DNA of 64,000 nucleotides from Candidatus Nomurabacteria bacterium. Its GTDB lineage: Bacteria > Patescibacteriota > Minisyncoccia > Phycocordibacterales > UBA9973. Below are positions 36,791 to 45,995 of the stretch, piece after piece (position 1 is the first letter of the stretch; each line of letters opens with the position of its first letter). Location: NCBI GenBank assembly GCA_052035195.1, contig JBPOHU010000003.1, forward strand, positions 17,453 through 81,452. Reading direction: 5' to 3'. The notes beneath the pieces were generated by a model, which had not been told where the DNA came from, did not search any database, and saw only the letters and a list, made by a program, of their open reading frames with translations. The position numbers and the translations under genes were made by a program.

Positions 36791-37318
36791 ATGGAAAATA
36801 AAAAAAAAGATTGTCCTCTTTGTGGGGCAATAGGGGTCATTTCCCAAGAAGAGTATTCTTCTAGTACCATAACTACTCCAGCTCCGAGTGGGACTATTGG
36901 AAACTCAAGGATTGTTCATACAGGTGGTAAATGGGATTTTTCTCATTCAAAGGAATGTAAAAAACTTGAAGGCGCTTTAGACAAAGAAGGTCTTTTGCGT
37001 TTCCATTTGGACAAGCTTGAGGTGTGGCATGCAGACACAAAATCTTTCGAAGATTATAATGATTTGCTGGGTACAAAGAATTTAAAAATTATACCTTATG
37101 CAAAGAGAGAAGAAGGTCGTTGGCTTTATCAGGTTTGTATTCAAGAAATCTACGGCCACCATAGAAAGGAATTGTTTACAAAGGGCAGAGATTTTGATGG
37201 TGCATTTTTTAACCTCAGGCACCGGCTTCTTTGTGGAGAAATTATTGAATTTGACTCCCAGAATAAATTTCAGGTCTTAGAGACGGAATCAAATCCAGAA
37301 ATTTTTCAAATATTTTAG
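36791..37318 (+). CDS. Hypothetical protein (ORFan cassette gene 3)
   Basis: Start MENKKKDCPLCG at 36791; 175 aa. Confidence 0.45.
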   Translation: MENKKKDCPLCGAIGVISQEEYSSSTITTPAPSGTIGNSRIVHTGGKWDFSHSKECKKLEGALDKEGLLRFHLDKLEVWHADTKSFEDYNDLLGTKNLKIIPYAKREEGRWLYQVCIQEIYGHHRKELFTKGRDFDGAFFNLRHRLLCGEIIEFDSQNKFQVLETESNPEIFQIF

Positions 37319-37322
37319 GAAT

Positions 37323-37404
37323 CCCAAGGCCGCATTTGCGGCTTTTTTTATTTAGGATTGACTTCCAAAACCTTTCTTGTATTATCAAGAAAAACTATTA
37401 GCAA
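37323..37404 (+). repeat. Cassette boundary module copy 3: terminator hairpin plus promoter TTGACT-16-TATTAT
   Basis: Differs from copy 2 by 2-3 nt over ~85 nt; TTGACT 37358-37363, TATTAT 37380-37385. Confidence 0.65.
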
Positions 37405-37893
37405 ATGAAAACAATAAAAGAGGCGTTTCTTGTCCTTGTGAAAAAGTACAAGCCGAGAATCTCGGGGCGATTTATTTTTGGGTTTAATCTGCTCGATATA
37501 GATGCTCGAGTAATTCACACCAAAGAATGTTCTGTTTCAGTTTTTTTCTGCGAACTTTTTCTTCGTTCCGGAGGCTACTCTGAAAATGGAGCATCAATTG
37601 TTATTTTCCGAGGTATTATTCCTAACGGGTCGATTTTGGAGGATCCTATTTTGGATATAGAAGATGTTCTTTGTTATATATACAAAGACAGAAACAATGA
37701 GAGTAGGATCGATTGGTGTTTAAAGTCAGAAGTTCTTACTTTTTCTTTAAAAGACACCCCGATAAACCCCTTAAAAAACATTTCACAAAGAGAGGAGGTT
37801 ATTGTTTCTAAGATCATTTGGAAACTCCAAAAACAGCTTTCAAATACGCCAAAAGGGATAGTTCCTTTTCTAAAGAGATTGTTCAAAGATTAA
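37405..37893 (+). CDS. Hypothetical protein (ORFan cassette gene 4)
   Basis: 162 aa, followed by the variant terminator gtcgcatttgcggc-T7 at 37897-37918. Confidence 0.45.
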   Translation: MKTIKEAFLVLVKKYKPRISGRFIFGFNLLDIDARVIHTKECSVSVFFCELFLRSGGYSENGASIVIFRGIIPNGSILEDPILDIEDVLCYIYKDRNNESRIDWCLKSEVLTFSLKDTPINPLKNISQREEVIVSKIIWKLQKQLSNTPKGIVPFLKRLFKD

Positions 37894-37940
37894 AAAGTCG
37901 CATTTGCGGCTTTTTTTATTTGAGAGTAGTATAAAGACCT

Positions 37941-38525
37941 ATGACACACCCAAAAGAAGAAAAAACATATGTAATGATTAAGCCTGATGGAGTTCAGAAA
38001 GGTTTGATAGGAGAGATTATTAAGCGTTTTGAACAAAGAGATCTTAAGATTGTGGCGCTTGAAATGTTCATGCCTACAGCCGATATGATAGATAGTCACT
38101 ATCCAAAAGATGAGGCTTGGATAACTCGTCTAGGAAGTAAGACTTTGGCTACTTATGAAAAGTACAATATGGATGCTATGGCTGATTATGGAACTACTGA
38201 CCCTTCTGTTATTGGTCCAAATATTAGAAAATGGATTTTGGACTATATGACCTCAGCTCCACTTGTAAAAATGGTTGTACAAGGTGTTCATGCTGTTGAT
38301 ACTGTTAGAAAAATAGCAGGTGTTACTATGCCATATTTAGCAGATATGGGAACAATAAGAGGGGATTTTTCTGTTGATAGTCCTGCTCTTGCCAATAAAG
38401 AAAAAAGACCTGTTATGAACATCGTTCATGCATCTGAAACTCCAGAGGAAGCAATGCACGAAATAAAGTATTGGTTTGGTGATAAGGAATTGATGAACTA
38501 CAAGCGTCATGGAGTAGATTTCTAA
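37941..38525 (+). CDS. ndk: Nucleoside diphosphate kinase (with internal insertion)
   Basis: YVMIKPDGVQKGLIGEIIKRFEQRDLKIVALEM, active-site NIVHASE; 194 aa. Confidence 0.8.
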   Translation: MTHPKEEKTYVMIKPDGVQKGLIGEIIKRFEQRDLKIVALEMFMPTADMIDSHYPKDEAWITRLGSKTLATYEKYNMDAMADYGTTDPSVIGPNIRKWILDYMTSAPLVKMVVQGVHAVDTVRKIAGVTMPYLADMGTIRGDFSVDSPALANKEKRPVMNIVHASETPEEAMHEIKYWFGDKELMNYKRHGVDF

Positions 38526-38590
38526 TCAACTCGACAGCACTTTTTTTCTCTGTCTATATTGTGCAAAGCAGGGAGAAGGCTATAATGAAA

Positions 38591-38748
38591 GTACGGCTAT
38601 TTAAAATTAGTACCTAGAACAATATTCTTTGGGGACATTGCGTGGTGTTATGAAGAACCAGAATTTTATTTATAATCTTTTGATGCTTCTAGTGCCCAGA
38701 TATCCCACTTGGCGTTTACGCTAAGGTACTAATTTTCAAATAGCCGTA
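38591..38748 (+). repeat. MITE-like element: 25-bp terminal inverted repeats flanking a ~108-bp core
   Basis: IR-L gtacggctatttaaaattagtacct (38591-38615) and IR-R aggtactaattttcaaatagccgta (38724-38748); followed by terminator aaaaatccgccctagggcggattttt. Confidence 0.5.
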
Positions 38749-38809
38749 AGAAAAATCCGCCCTAGGGCGGATTTTTCTATTTTTCTTTTATTGTGAGATA
38801 ATCCTCCAT

Positions 38810-39226
38810 ATGAGTAAAAGACTTCTTTTATCAGCATGCGTTCTAATATTTTTTATTTGGGCTATAAATAGCTTGGCCAATATGTTTTATTGGTATAGCG
38901 CTATGTGGTGGTTTGATATTCCAATGCACATTTTAGGAGGAGCTTTCTTGGCTTTACTATTGGGGGCAATATTTTTTAAAAAAATAGTTTCTTTAAATAA
39001 AAAAGAAATCCTAATAACTATTTTATTAGGTGTTGTTATTGTCGGAGCGGGGTGGGAAGTATTTGAATATGTAGTTCAACATATGATCAAAGGTCTTCCT
39101 CTTGCAAACTTTCCTGATTCTATAAAAGATATGTTGATGGATATTATAGGAGGATTTTTGGCATCATTTTTTGTATTAAAGGCTGTTAAGCGGTACAATA
39201 CAAGTCATGCAATCACAAATCTCTAA
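38810..39226 (+). CDS. Hypothetical integral membrane protein
   Basis: 138 aa, ~4 TM; weak VanZ-like resemblance only. Confidence 0.45.
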   Translation: MSKRLLLSACVLIFFIWAINSLANMFYWYSAMWWFDIPMHILGGAFLALLLGAIFFKKIVSLNKKEILITILLGVVIVGAGWEVFEYVVQHMIKGLPLANFPDSIKDMLMDIIGGFLASFFVLKAVKRYNTSHAITNL

Positions 39227-40610
39227 AGATTTTTCTGATAAAAAAATAAAAATTACTTTTGCGGGTGGAACAGGTGCTGTTACTGGAGCAAACTTCCTAG
39301 TCGAAGCATTAGGAAGCGAACAAGAAATAAAATTCCTTGTTGATTGTGGTCTCGAACAGGGAACAAAGTCAGCTGATCAAAATAACTGGGCACCTTTCCC
39401 ATATGACGCTTCTAGTGTGGACTATCTTTTTATTACTCATGCACACATAGATCATATAGGTCGTATTCCAAAACTTATTTATGATGGTTTCAGAGGAACT
39501 ATTTATTCTACAGTTCCTACCAAAGACATTACTGAGCTAATGCTTGAAGACACCGCTCATATTTTAGGCAAAGGCGAAAATGAGCTTCTAAAGAAAATAT
39601 ATACAGATGAAAATATTCGCCAAGCTCTTTCGCAGTGGAAAGTAGTTGATTATCATCAAGACATAGCAATAGGAGAACTTATTTTTAGATATAGAGATGC
39701 GGGACACGTATTGGGTTCTGGAATGCTTGAGCTTATTTATAATAATAAAAAGATTATCTTTACCGGAGACTTAGGTAACTCTCCATCACCACTTTTGCGA
39801 GATACAGAAACATTAAAAAATGTTGATTATATGCTTATGGAAAGTGTCTATGGAGATAGAAATCACATGGCACGCGATAAGAGACGCTTGAGACTAGAGC
39901 AAATCATAGAAGATAACTATAAACGCAAAGGTACTCTTATTGTTCCAACATTTTCTCTAGAGCGTTCTCAAGAACTTTTGTTTGAGATCAACGAACTTGT
40001 TGAAAATAAACGTATTCCTGTCATGCCTATTTTCTTTGATAGCCCCCTAGGAATAAGACTGACAAAAATATATCGTCAGTACGGACAATACTTCAATGAA
40101 TTTGCCAGAACACAACTCAAAGACGGAGATGATATTTTCAACTTCCCAGGCCTCAAGTCTACGCTCCTTACAGATGAATCAAAAGAAATAGTAAAAGAAG
40201 ATAATCCAAAGATAGTTATTGCTGGAAGTGGTATGAGTAATGGAGGAAGAATACTTCACCATGAAGCCAACTTTCTTCCAGATGCGAACAACACACTTCT
40301 TCTCACTGGTTATCAAGGAGCGGGGACACTTGGAAGAATTATCCAAGATGGCGCAAAAAATATTCGCATCAATGGTCAAGATATAGAAGTGAGGGCACAC
40401 ATAGAATTTATTGATGGATATTCTGGTCACAAAGACTCTGATCACCTTATAGAGTTTGTAGAACAAACAGCAGACTCACTCAAGGCTGTGTACGTAGCGA
40501 TGGGGGAACCAAAGAGTTCAATGTTCTTAACACAAAGACTTAGAGATTATTTAGGAGTTATGGCTTATGCACCAGAACAAGGAGATGTAGTAGAATTAGA
40601 TTGTAATTAA
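39207..40610 (+). CDS. MBL-fold (beta-CASP-like) metallo-hydrolase, probable RNA-metabolising nuclease
   Basis: HAHIDH metal motif (YLFITHAHIDHIGRIP), later D/H/E motifs; 467 aa. Confidence 0.65.
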   Translation: MQSQISKDFSDKKIKITFAGGTGAVTGANFLVEALGSEQEIKFLVDCGLEQGTKSADQNNWAPFPYDASSVDYLFITHAHIDHIGRIPKLIYDGFRGTIYSTVPTKDITELMLEDTAHILGKGENELLKKIYTDENIRQALSQWKVVDYHQDIAIGELIFRYRDAGHVLGSGMLELIYNNKKIIFTGDLGNSPSPLLRDTETLKNVDYMLMESVYGDRNHMARDKRRLRLEQIIEDNYKRKGTLIVPTFSLERSQELLFEINELVENKRIPVMPIFFDSPLGIRLTKIYRQYGQYFNEFARTQLKDGDDIFNFPGLKSTLLTDESKEIVKEDNPKIVIAGSGMSNGGRILHHEANFLPDANNTLLLTGYQGAGTLGRIIQDGAKNIRINGQDIEVRAHIEFIDGYSGHKDSDHLIEFVEQTADSLKAVYVAMGEPKSSMFLTQRLRDYLGVMAYAPEQGDVVELDCN

Positions 40611-40612
40611 TT

Positions 40613-41197
40613 ATGGAAAACGAAGACAAACACGGACATTTGAAAATAAAACTTGGAGTCTCTGGTGCTGCTGAAACAGGCCACTGTGGTCTTGATGCTC
40701 TTGATAAAGCTAAAGAGCTCGGTAGAGAAGTTGTAAGACAAGGTGGTATTTTGGTAACAGGAGCTACAACAGGATTTCCTTTGTGGAGTGCTATGGGCGC
40801 AAAAGAAGAGAGAGGTATCTCTATCGGTCTTTCTCCTGCGTCAAATCCAAGAGAACATGTAGAAGGGTACAGACTACCGCTCGACTATATGGATCTCATC
40901 ATATATACAGGTTTTGGTTTTCCTGGAAGAGACCTTCTTTTTACTAGAAGTTGCGAAGCTTTGCTTATAGGTTGTGGACGTATAGGAACAATCCATGAAT
41001 TTACTATCGCTTTCGAAGAAGGGAAACCTATCGGAGTTCTAGAAGGAAGTTGGACTATGGATGAACAGATCCGTGACATGATAGAAAAAGGTAATAGACC
41101 AGCTGATAAAGTAATTTTTGATTCAGATCCAAAGCGATTGATAGAGAGGGTTATTAAAATGGTTGAAGCTGATAGGGCTGATTTGAATAAGAAATAA
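40613..41197 (+). CDS. LOG/SLOG-family Rossmann-fold protein (TIGR00725-like)
   Basis: ILVTGATTGFPLWSAMGA and LLIGCGRIGTIHEF resemble the LOG family GGGxG and PGGxGT motifs. Confidence 0.5.
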   Translation: MENEDKHGHLKIKLGVSGAAETGHCGLDALDKAKELGREVVRQGGILVTGATTGFPLWSAMGAKEERGISIGLSPASNPREHVEGYRLPLDYMDLIIYTGFGFPGRDLLFTRSCEALLIGCGRIGTIHEFTIAFEEGKPIGVLEGSWTMDEQIRDMIEKGNRPADKVIFDSDPKRLIERVIKMVEADRADLNKK

Positions 41198-41204
41198 GCC
41201 CATG

Positions 41205-41411
41205 GTAGTATAGGAGCACAAGCTTTGAAGGATTATCGCCCCTTCGTCCGCCTTGGGTAGACAAGCTTCAGAAAGAAATCCTAAATGGAAATTAGAATCT
41301 GACGGGTAAGCCCGATATAGCAGTAAATGAGTATTAAGTAAGGTGGTACCACGAGCAAAACTCGTCCTTGCACTATGACCAAAAGTCGTAATGCGCGGAC
41401 GAGTTTTATTT
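41205..41411 (+). promoter_or_regulatory. Probable T-box leader (Ile specifier) upstream of ileS
   Basis: T-box-like sequence AGTAAGGTGGTACCACGAG (41337-41355) overlapping terminator gcaaaactcgtcc...ggacgagtttt-T7; upstream stem region contains GAAGGATTATCG (AUU-A candidate specifier). Confidence 0.5.
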
Positions 41412-41418
41412 TTTATAT

Positions 41419-44400
41419 ATGGATAACAATCAACAACAATCAAAATCTCAATCAGCTCTTCGAGAAGAAGAAGTACTTCAATTTTGGAAAGAAAAAGATA
41501 TTTTCAAGAAATCAGTTGAAAAGAATGTCACAGGCAAAGAATTTGTCTTTTTTGAAGGCCCACCGACAGCAAATGCAAAACCAGCACTTCACCACCTTGA
41601 AGCTCGTGCTTTCAAGGACGTGATACCTCGATACAAAACAATGCAGGGCTATCATGTAGCTCGTCGCGCAGGATGGGACACTCACGGTCTTCCAGTAGAG
41701 CTTCAAATAGAAAAAGCTCTTGGCTTAGAATCAAAGAAAGATATTGAGAAGTATGGAGTAGCAGCTTTTAATAAAGCCTGCAAAGAAAGCGTTTTCACTT
41801 ATATTAAAGATTGGGAAATTTTCACCGATCGTATGGGGTATTGGGTGGACAAAAAGAGTGCTTACTATACTTTCAACTCTTCTTATATGGAATCCCTCTG
41901 GCATATAGTCGGAGAAATAAATAAAAGAAATTTACTTTATAAAGATTACAAAGTTGTCCCATGGTGCCCTCGTTGTGGTACAGGACTTTCTTCTCATGAA
42001 CTCGCACAAGGCTATCAAGATGTAAAAGACTTGTCAGTGTATGCAAAGTTTAAAATTGTAGGACTTGAAAAAGCGTATTTTCTTGCTTGGACTACAACAC
42101 CATGGACTCTTCCAGGTAACGTAGCTTTGGCTGTTGGTAATGATATTGAATATGTTGAAGCAAAAGTAGGTGATGAAATTTTTGTTCTTGCAAAAGAAAG
42201 ACTTAGTTTACTTGCAGAAGGTTATGAGATTATTGCACAGCACAAAGGTTCTGAAATGATAGGAATGGAATATGAACCACTTTATCCATATCTCAAGAGA
42301 GAAGCAGAGAAGAAAGGGTTGGATACAACAAAAGCATTCAAGGTTTATACTGCCGACTTTGTTACAACTACTGATGGTACTGGTATTGTACATATAGCAC
42401 CGATGTATGGGGCAGATGACTTTGATCTTGGAACAAAGATGGGACTGACTAAATTCCACACTGTTAACGAAGGAGGACACTTTATTCCAGGCACTGATTT
42501 TCTAGAAGGACGTTTTGTAAAGGATGAGTCTGTAGCTGTAGACATTATCAAAGATCTTGCTGGCCGAGGACAACTTTTCAAAAAAGAAAAATACGAACAC
42601 TCATATCCACATTGTTGGCGATGTAAAACTCCGCTTTTGTATTATGCGCGAGACTCTTGGTATGTTCGCATGAGTGAGCTCCGTGACGATTTGCTCAAAG
42701 CAAACGATGACGTTAACTGGGAACCAGAACATATAAAAAATGGAAGATTTGGAGAATGGCTTCGAGAGGTTAAAGACTGGGCATTTTCTCGTGAGCGATA
42801 TTGGGGGACACCACTGCCTGTATGGGAGAGTGTCGATGGAGATAGAGTAGTTGTTGATTCTATTGATACTCTCAAGAAACTCTCTATTACTTCTCAAAAC
42901 AAATACTTCGTCATGCGCCACGGTCAAACAGACCACAATGTTCGTCAAGAATGGAATGCCACAATAACAAATCCAGATCCTCTTACAGAGAAGGGTATAC
43001 AACAAGTTAAAGATGCATCAAATAATTTCAAAGAAGATATAGATATCATTATTACTTCTCCTTTTTCTCGAACCAAAGAGTCAGCTCAAATCTTCAAAGA
43101 AACAAAAGGACTAAATGTTGAGATAATAGAAGACCCACGTATTGCCGAATGGAATGTCGGTAAAGAGTTTGATGGAAAACCATTTTCAAAATATTTTGAA
43201 GTTAGAAATGTAAATGAAGATCGGTATGGATTCAAGGCTTCTGACGGAGAATCATACTTGGATATATTGAAAAGATCAGGGGAATTTATTTATGATTTAG
43301 AATCAAAATATAAAGGCAAAAGAGTGCTTATCATGACGCACGGAGCCGTAGCTCGAGCGCTCGAACTCCATAGCCACGGTATATCTTTTGATTCTCTATA
43401 CAGAAATACTAGAGATTACAACAACTTTGAAAATGCTGATCTTCGAGAGATTAATTTTGTACCATTACCTCACAATGAAAACTTTGAGTTAGATTTACAC
43501 AAGCCTTATATCGACGAAGTGGAACTGTACAAGGATGGCAAAAAGCTCACTCGAGTAAAAGAAGTGATGGACGTATGGTTCGATAGTGGAGGTATGCCTT
43601 TTGCACAAGAGCATTATATGGGTGAAGGTACACTTTCGTATCCGGCTGATTTCATTTCAGAAGCCATAGATCAAACTCGAGGTTGGTTCTATACACTTCT
43701 TGCTGTTGGTGTACTTATGAATCGAGAGTCTCCATATAAAAATGTGATTTGTCTTGGGCACCTACTCGACAAAGACGGAAAGAAGATGAGTAAGTCTATC
43801 GGTAATATAGTTGAGCCATTTGAACAAATGGATACTTTTGGTGCGGATGCAGTAAGATGGTGGATGTATAGTGTTAATGCTCCAGGGGAGAGCAAGAACT
43901 ATGATCCTAAAAGCGTAGCCGAAATAAATAACAAAGTCTTTAATTTGTTTAACAACGTTTTATCTTTCTATGAACTTTATAGAGACAAAGAACTTGAAGA
44001 TCAAAATAATAAAAGTGAAAATATTTTGGACAAATGGATATTAGCAAGGCTAAATCAAACTCTAGCAGAGGTAACAAATTCTCTTGATGCTTATGATCTT
44101 TTCCGTCCAACTCGAGCTCTTCGAGACCTCATAGACGACCTTTCTACTTGGTATTTGCGACGAAGTCGTGATCGTATCAAAGATGGAGAAAAGCAGGCAA
44201 AGCAGACGCTCTACTATGTGCTCAAAAATACAGCTCAAGCTATGGCTCCTTTTGCACCATTTTTTGCAGAGCATGTATGGCAGAAGCTTAAGCTTGATTC
44301 AGATGCAGAAAGTGTTCACTTAGCCCTTTGGCCCGATTATCAAGAAGCTGACTCTGAGCTTATAAATAATATGCAAATTACCAGAAACTTTTGTACAGCA

Positions 44401-44796
44401 GGAAATGCGTTTCGTAAATCAAAAAATATCCCAATTAGACAGCCTCTTAAGCTTATGAAAATATCATATGATGCTTTATCAAAAGATCTTACTTCTCTTA
44501 TAGAAGAAGAACTTAATATAAAAATGGTTTTAGTTGATACTGAAATTCAGCCAGCAGGAGAGATATATGTTGATGAAGAAATTACTCCAGAACTCAAACT
44601 CGAAGGGGAATACCGCGAGCTAGTTCGCTTGGTCCAAGACATGAGAAAAGAAAAAGGTCTTACTCCACAAGATGAGATCTCTCTAACACTTCCAGAAAAG
44701 TACAATGAAATATTTGCTAAATTTGGCGAAGAATTGAAAAAGGTTGTTGGTGCGAGGGAAGTGTCAGTACAAGGAGAAGAAGTTATGCTTAGTTAG
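41419..44796 (+). CDS. ileS: Isoleucine--tRNA ligase with an embedded histidine-phosphatase (PGAM-like) domain
   Basis: HIGH-region PPTANAKPALHHLEARAFKD, editing domain, KMSKS (KKMSKSIGN). ~200-aa insertion with FVMRHGQTDHN and LIMTHGAVARAL between RYWGTPLPVWE and DVWFDSG. Confidence 0.9.
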   Translation: MDNNQQQSKSQSALREEEVLQFWKEKDIFKKSVEKNVTGKEFVFFEGPPTANAKPALHHLEARAFKDVIPRYKTMQGYHVARRAGWDTHGLPVELQIEKALGLESKKDIEKYGVAAFNKACKESVFTYIKDWEIFTDRMGYWVDKKSAYYTFNSSYMESLWHIVGEINKRNLLYKDYKVVPWCPRCGTGLSSHELAQGYQDVKDLSVYAKFKIVGLEKAYFLAWTTTPWTLPGNVALAVGNDIEYVEAKVGDEIFVLAKERLSLLAEGYEIIAQHKGSEMIGMEYEPLYPYLKREAEKKGLDTTKAFKVYTADFVTTTDGTGIVHIAPMYGADDFDLGTKMGLTKFHTVNEGGHFIPGTDFLEGRFVKDESVAVDIIKDLAGRGQLFKKEKYEHSYPHCWRCKTPLLYYARDSWYVRMSELRDDLLKANDDVNWEPEHIKNGRFGEWLREVKDWAFSRERYWGTPLPVWESVDGDRVVVDSIDTLKKLSITSQNKYFVMRHGQTDHNVRQEWNATITNPDPLTEKGIQQVKDASNNFKEDIDIIITSPFSRTKESAQIFKETKGLNVEIIEDPRIAEWNVGKEFDGKPFSKYFEVRNVNEDRYGFKASDGESYLDILKRSGEFIYDLESKYKGKRVLIMTHGAVARALELHSHGISFDSLYRNTRDYNNFENADLREINFVPLPHNENFELDLHKPYIDEVELYKDGKKLTRVKEVMDVWFDSGGMPFAQEHYMGEGTLSYPADFISEAIDQTRGWFYTLLAVGVLMNRESPYKNVICLGHLLDKDGKKMSKSIGNIVEPFEQMDTFGADAVRWWMYSVNAPGESKNYDPKSVAEINNKVFNLFNNVLSFYELYRDKELEDQNNKSENILDKWILARLNQTLAEVTNSLDAYDLFRPTRALRDLIDDLSTWYLRRSRDRIKDGEKQAKQTLYYVLKNTAQAMAPFAPFFAEHVWQKLKLDSDAESVHLALWPDYQEADSELINNMQITRNFCTAGNAFRKSKNIPIRQPLKLMKISYDALSKDLTSLIEEELNIKMVLVDTEIQPAGEIYVDEEITPELKLEGEYRELVRLVQDMRKEKGLTPQDEISLTLPEKYNEIFAKFGEELKKVVGAREVSVQGEEVMLS

Positions 44797-44800
44797 TTTA

Positions 44801-45406
44801 ATGAGTAAAAAACTAGTTATATTTGATTTTGATGGAGTGATTGTTGAGAGTCTGGATTTGTGGTTTCGTATAACACAAATAAATAATCCGGGACTGACAA
44901 AAGAAGAGTATTATTCTATGTCCCATGGAAATTATATTGAAGCTTTTGAGTCAAAAAAGTTGATATACACAGAAGAAGGATTAGAAGAGTATAGGAGTAA
45001 ATTATTTTTAATTGATTCGCCAAAAGAAATAGTTTCATTTATAGAAAACAATAGCAATAAATTTTTGTACGCTATAGTTTCTTCTGGAAATGAAATAACC
45101 ATAAAAAGGTTTTTAGAAAAAGAAAAGTTAGCAAATTATTTTACAGATATACTTGGTAATCAAACTCATAAAAATAAAAATACGAAGATTTCTAATTTGT
45201 TGGAAAAATATTCTCTAGAAAATAAAAACGCTGTTTTTATTACTGATACTCTTGGAGACATTCTAGAAGCTAATGAGACAGGGATTAAGAGTGTAGGAGT
45301 GCTCTGGGGTTTACATGATAGAGAAACCTTAGAAAAAGGAAATCCTGAGATAATAATAGGCAACCCAGGAGAATTAGAAGAAACAATAAATAGTATACTT
45401 TCTTAA
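44801..45406 (+). CDS. HAD-superfamily hydrolase
   Basis: Motif I LVIFDFDGVIV; start MSKKLVIF at 44801 (ORF-track 44744 overlaps the ileS end). Confidence 0.7.
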   Translation: MSKKLVIFDFDGVIVESLDLWFRITQINNPGLTKEEYYSMSHGNYIEAFESKKLIYTEEGLEEYRSKLFLIDSPKEIVSFIENNSNKFLYAIVSSGNEITIKRFLEKEKLANYFTDILGNQTHKNKNTKISNLLEKYSLENKNAVFITDTLGDILEANETGIKSVGVLWGLHDRETLEKGNPEIIIGNPGELEETINSILS

Positions 45407-45407
45407 T

Positions 45408-45980
45408 ATGCACCCGATTATTCATACTGAAGCTTTTGTTCTCAAAAGCATAGAAAGTGGGGAAGCCAACAAAAGAGTTTGGCTCTTTACCAGAGATTTC
45501 GGTTTGATAGTCGCAACAGTTCAAGGTGTAAGGAAAAGCACAGCGAAACTCAAAAGTCATATTATTGATTATTGTTATATCAATGTTGATTTGGTTAAAG
45601 GTAGAGATGTATGGAGGCTCGTTTCAGCAGAAATTATAAACAATCCTTTTATTGGTTCTTATGACAAACTTCGAGCTAGGTCATATATCAGAGCTCTATC
45701 TTTGGTAGAGAGGTTTTGTGTGGAAGAGGGGGGTGAGATTGATTTGTTTAACCATTTGATTCAAGTATTAAAAACGCTCGAAAGTTCTTCTGATAATCCA
45801 AATTTATTTGACACTATAGTGCTTTGGAAAATTTTGGTTTTACTTGGATATCTCGAACTTAGTCCAGATAGTGAAAAGCTTTTCTATATAGACTTAGAAG
45901 AGATAGGTTCTGTTTCAGATAGTTTGTCCAAGACCTTGATAAAGGACGTTACTGATGCAATAAATCGCACACATCTTTGA
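45408..45980 (+). CDS. recO: DNA repair protein RecO
   Basis: N-terminal OB-fold pattern HTEAFVLKSIESGEANKRVWLFTRDFGLIVATVQGVRK typical of RecO; 190 aa. Confidence 0.6.
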   Translation: MHPIIHTEAFVLKSIESGEANKRVWLFTRDFGLIVATVQGVRKSTAKLKSHIIDYCYINVDLVKGRDVWRLVSAEIINNPFIGSYDKLRARSYIRALSLVERFCVEEGGEIDLFNHLIQVLKTLESSSDNPNLFDTIVLWKILVLLGYLELSPDSEKLFYIDLEEIGSVSDSLSKTLIKDVTDAINRTHL

Positions 45981-45995
45981 TATACTAGTAACAGT

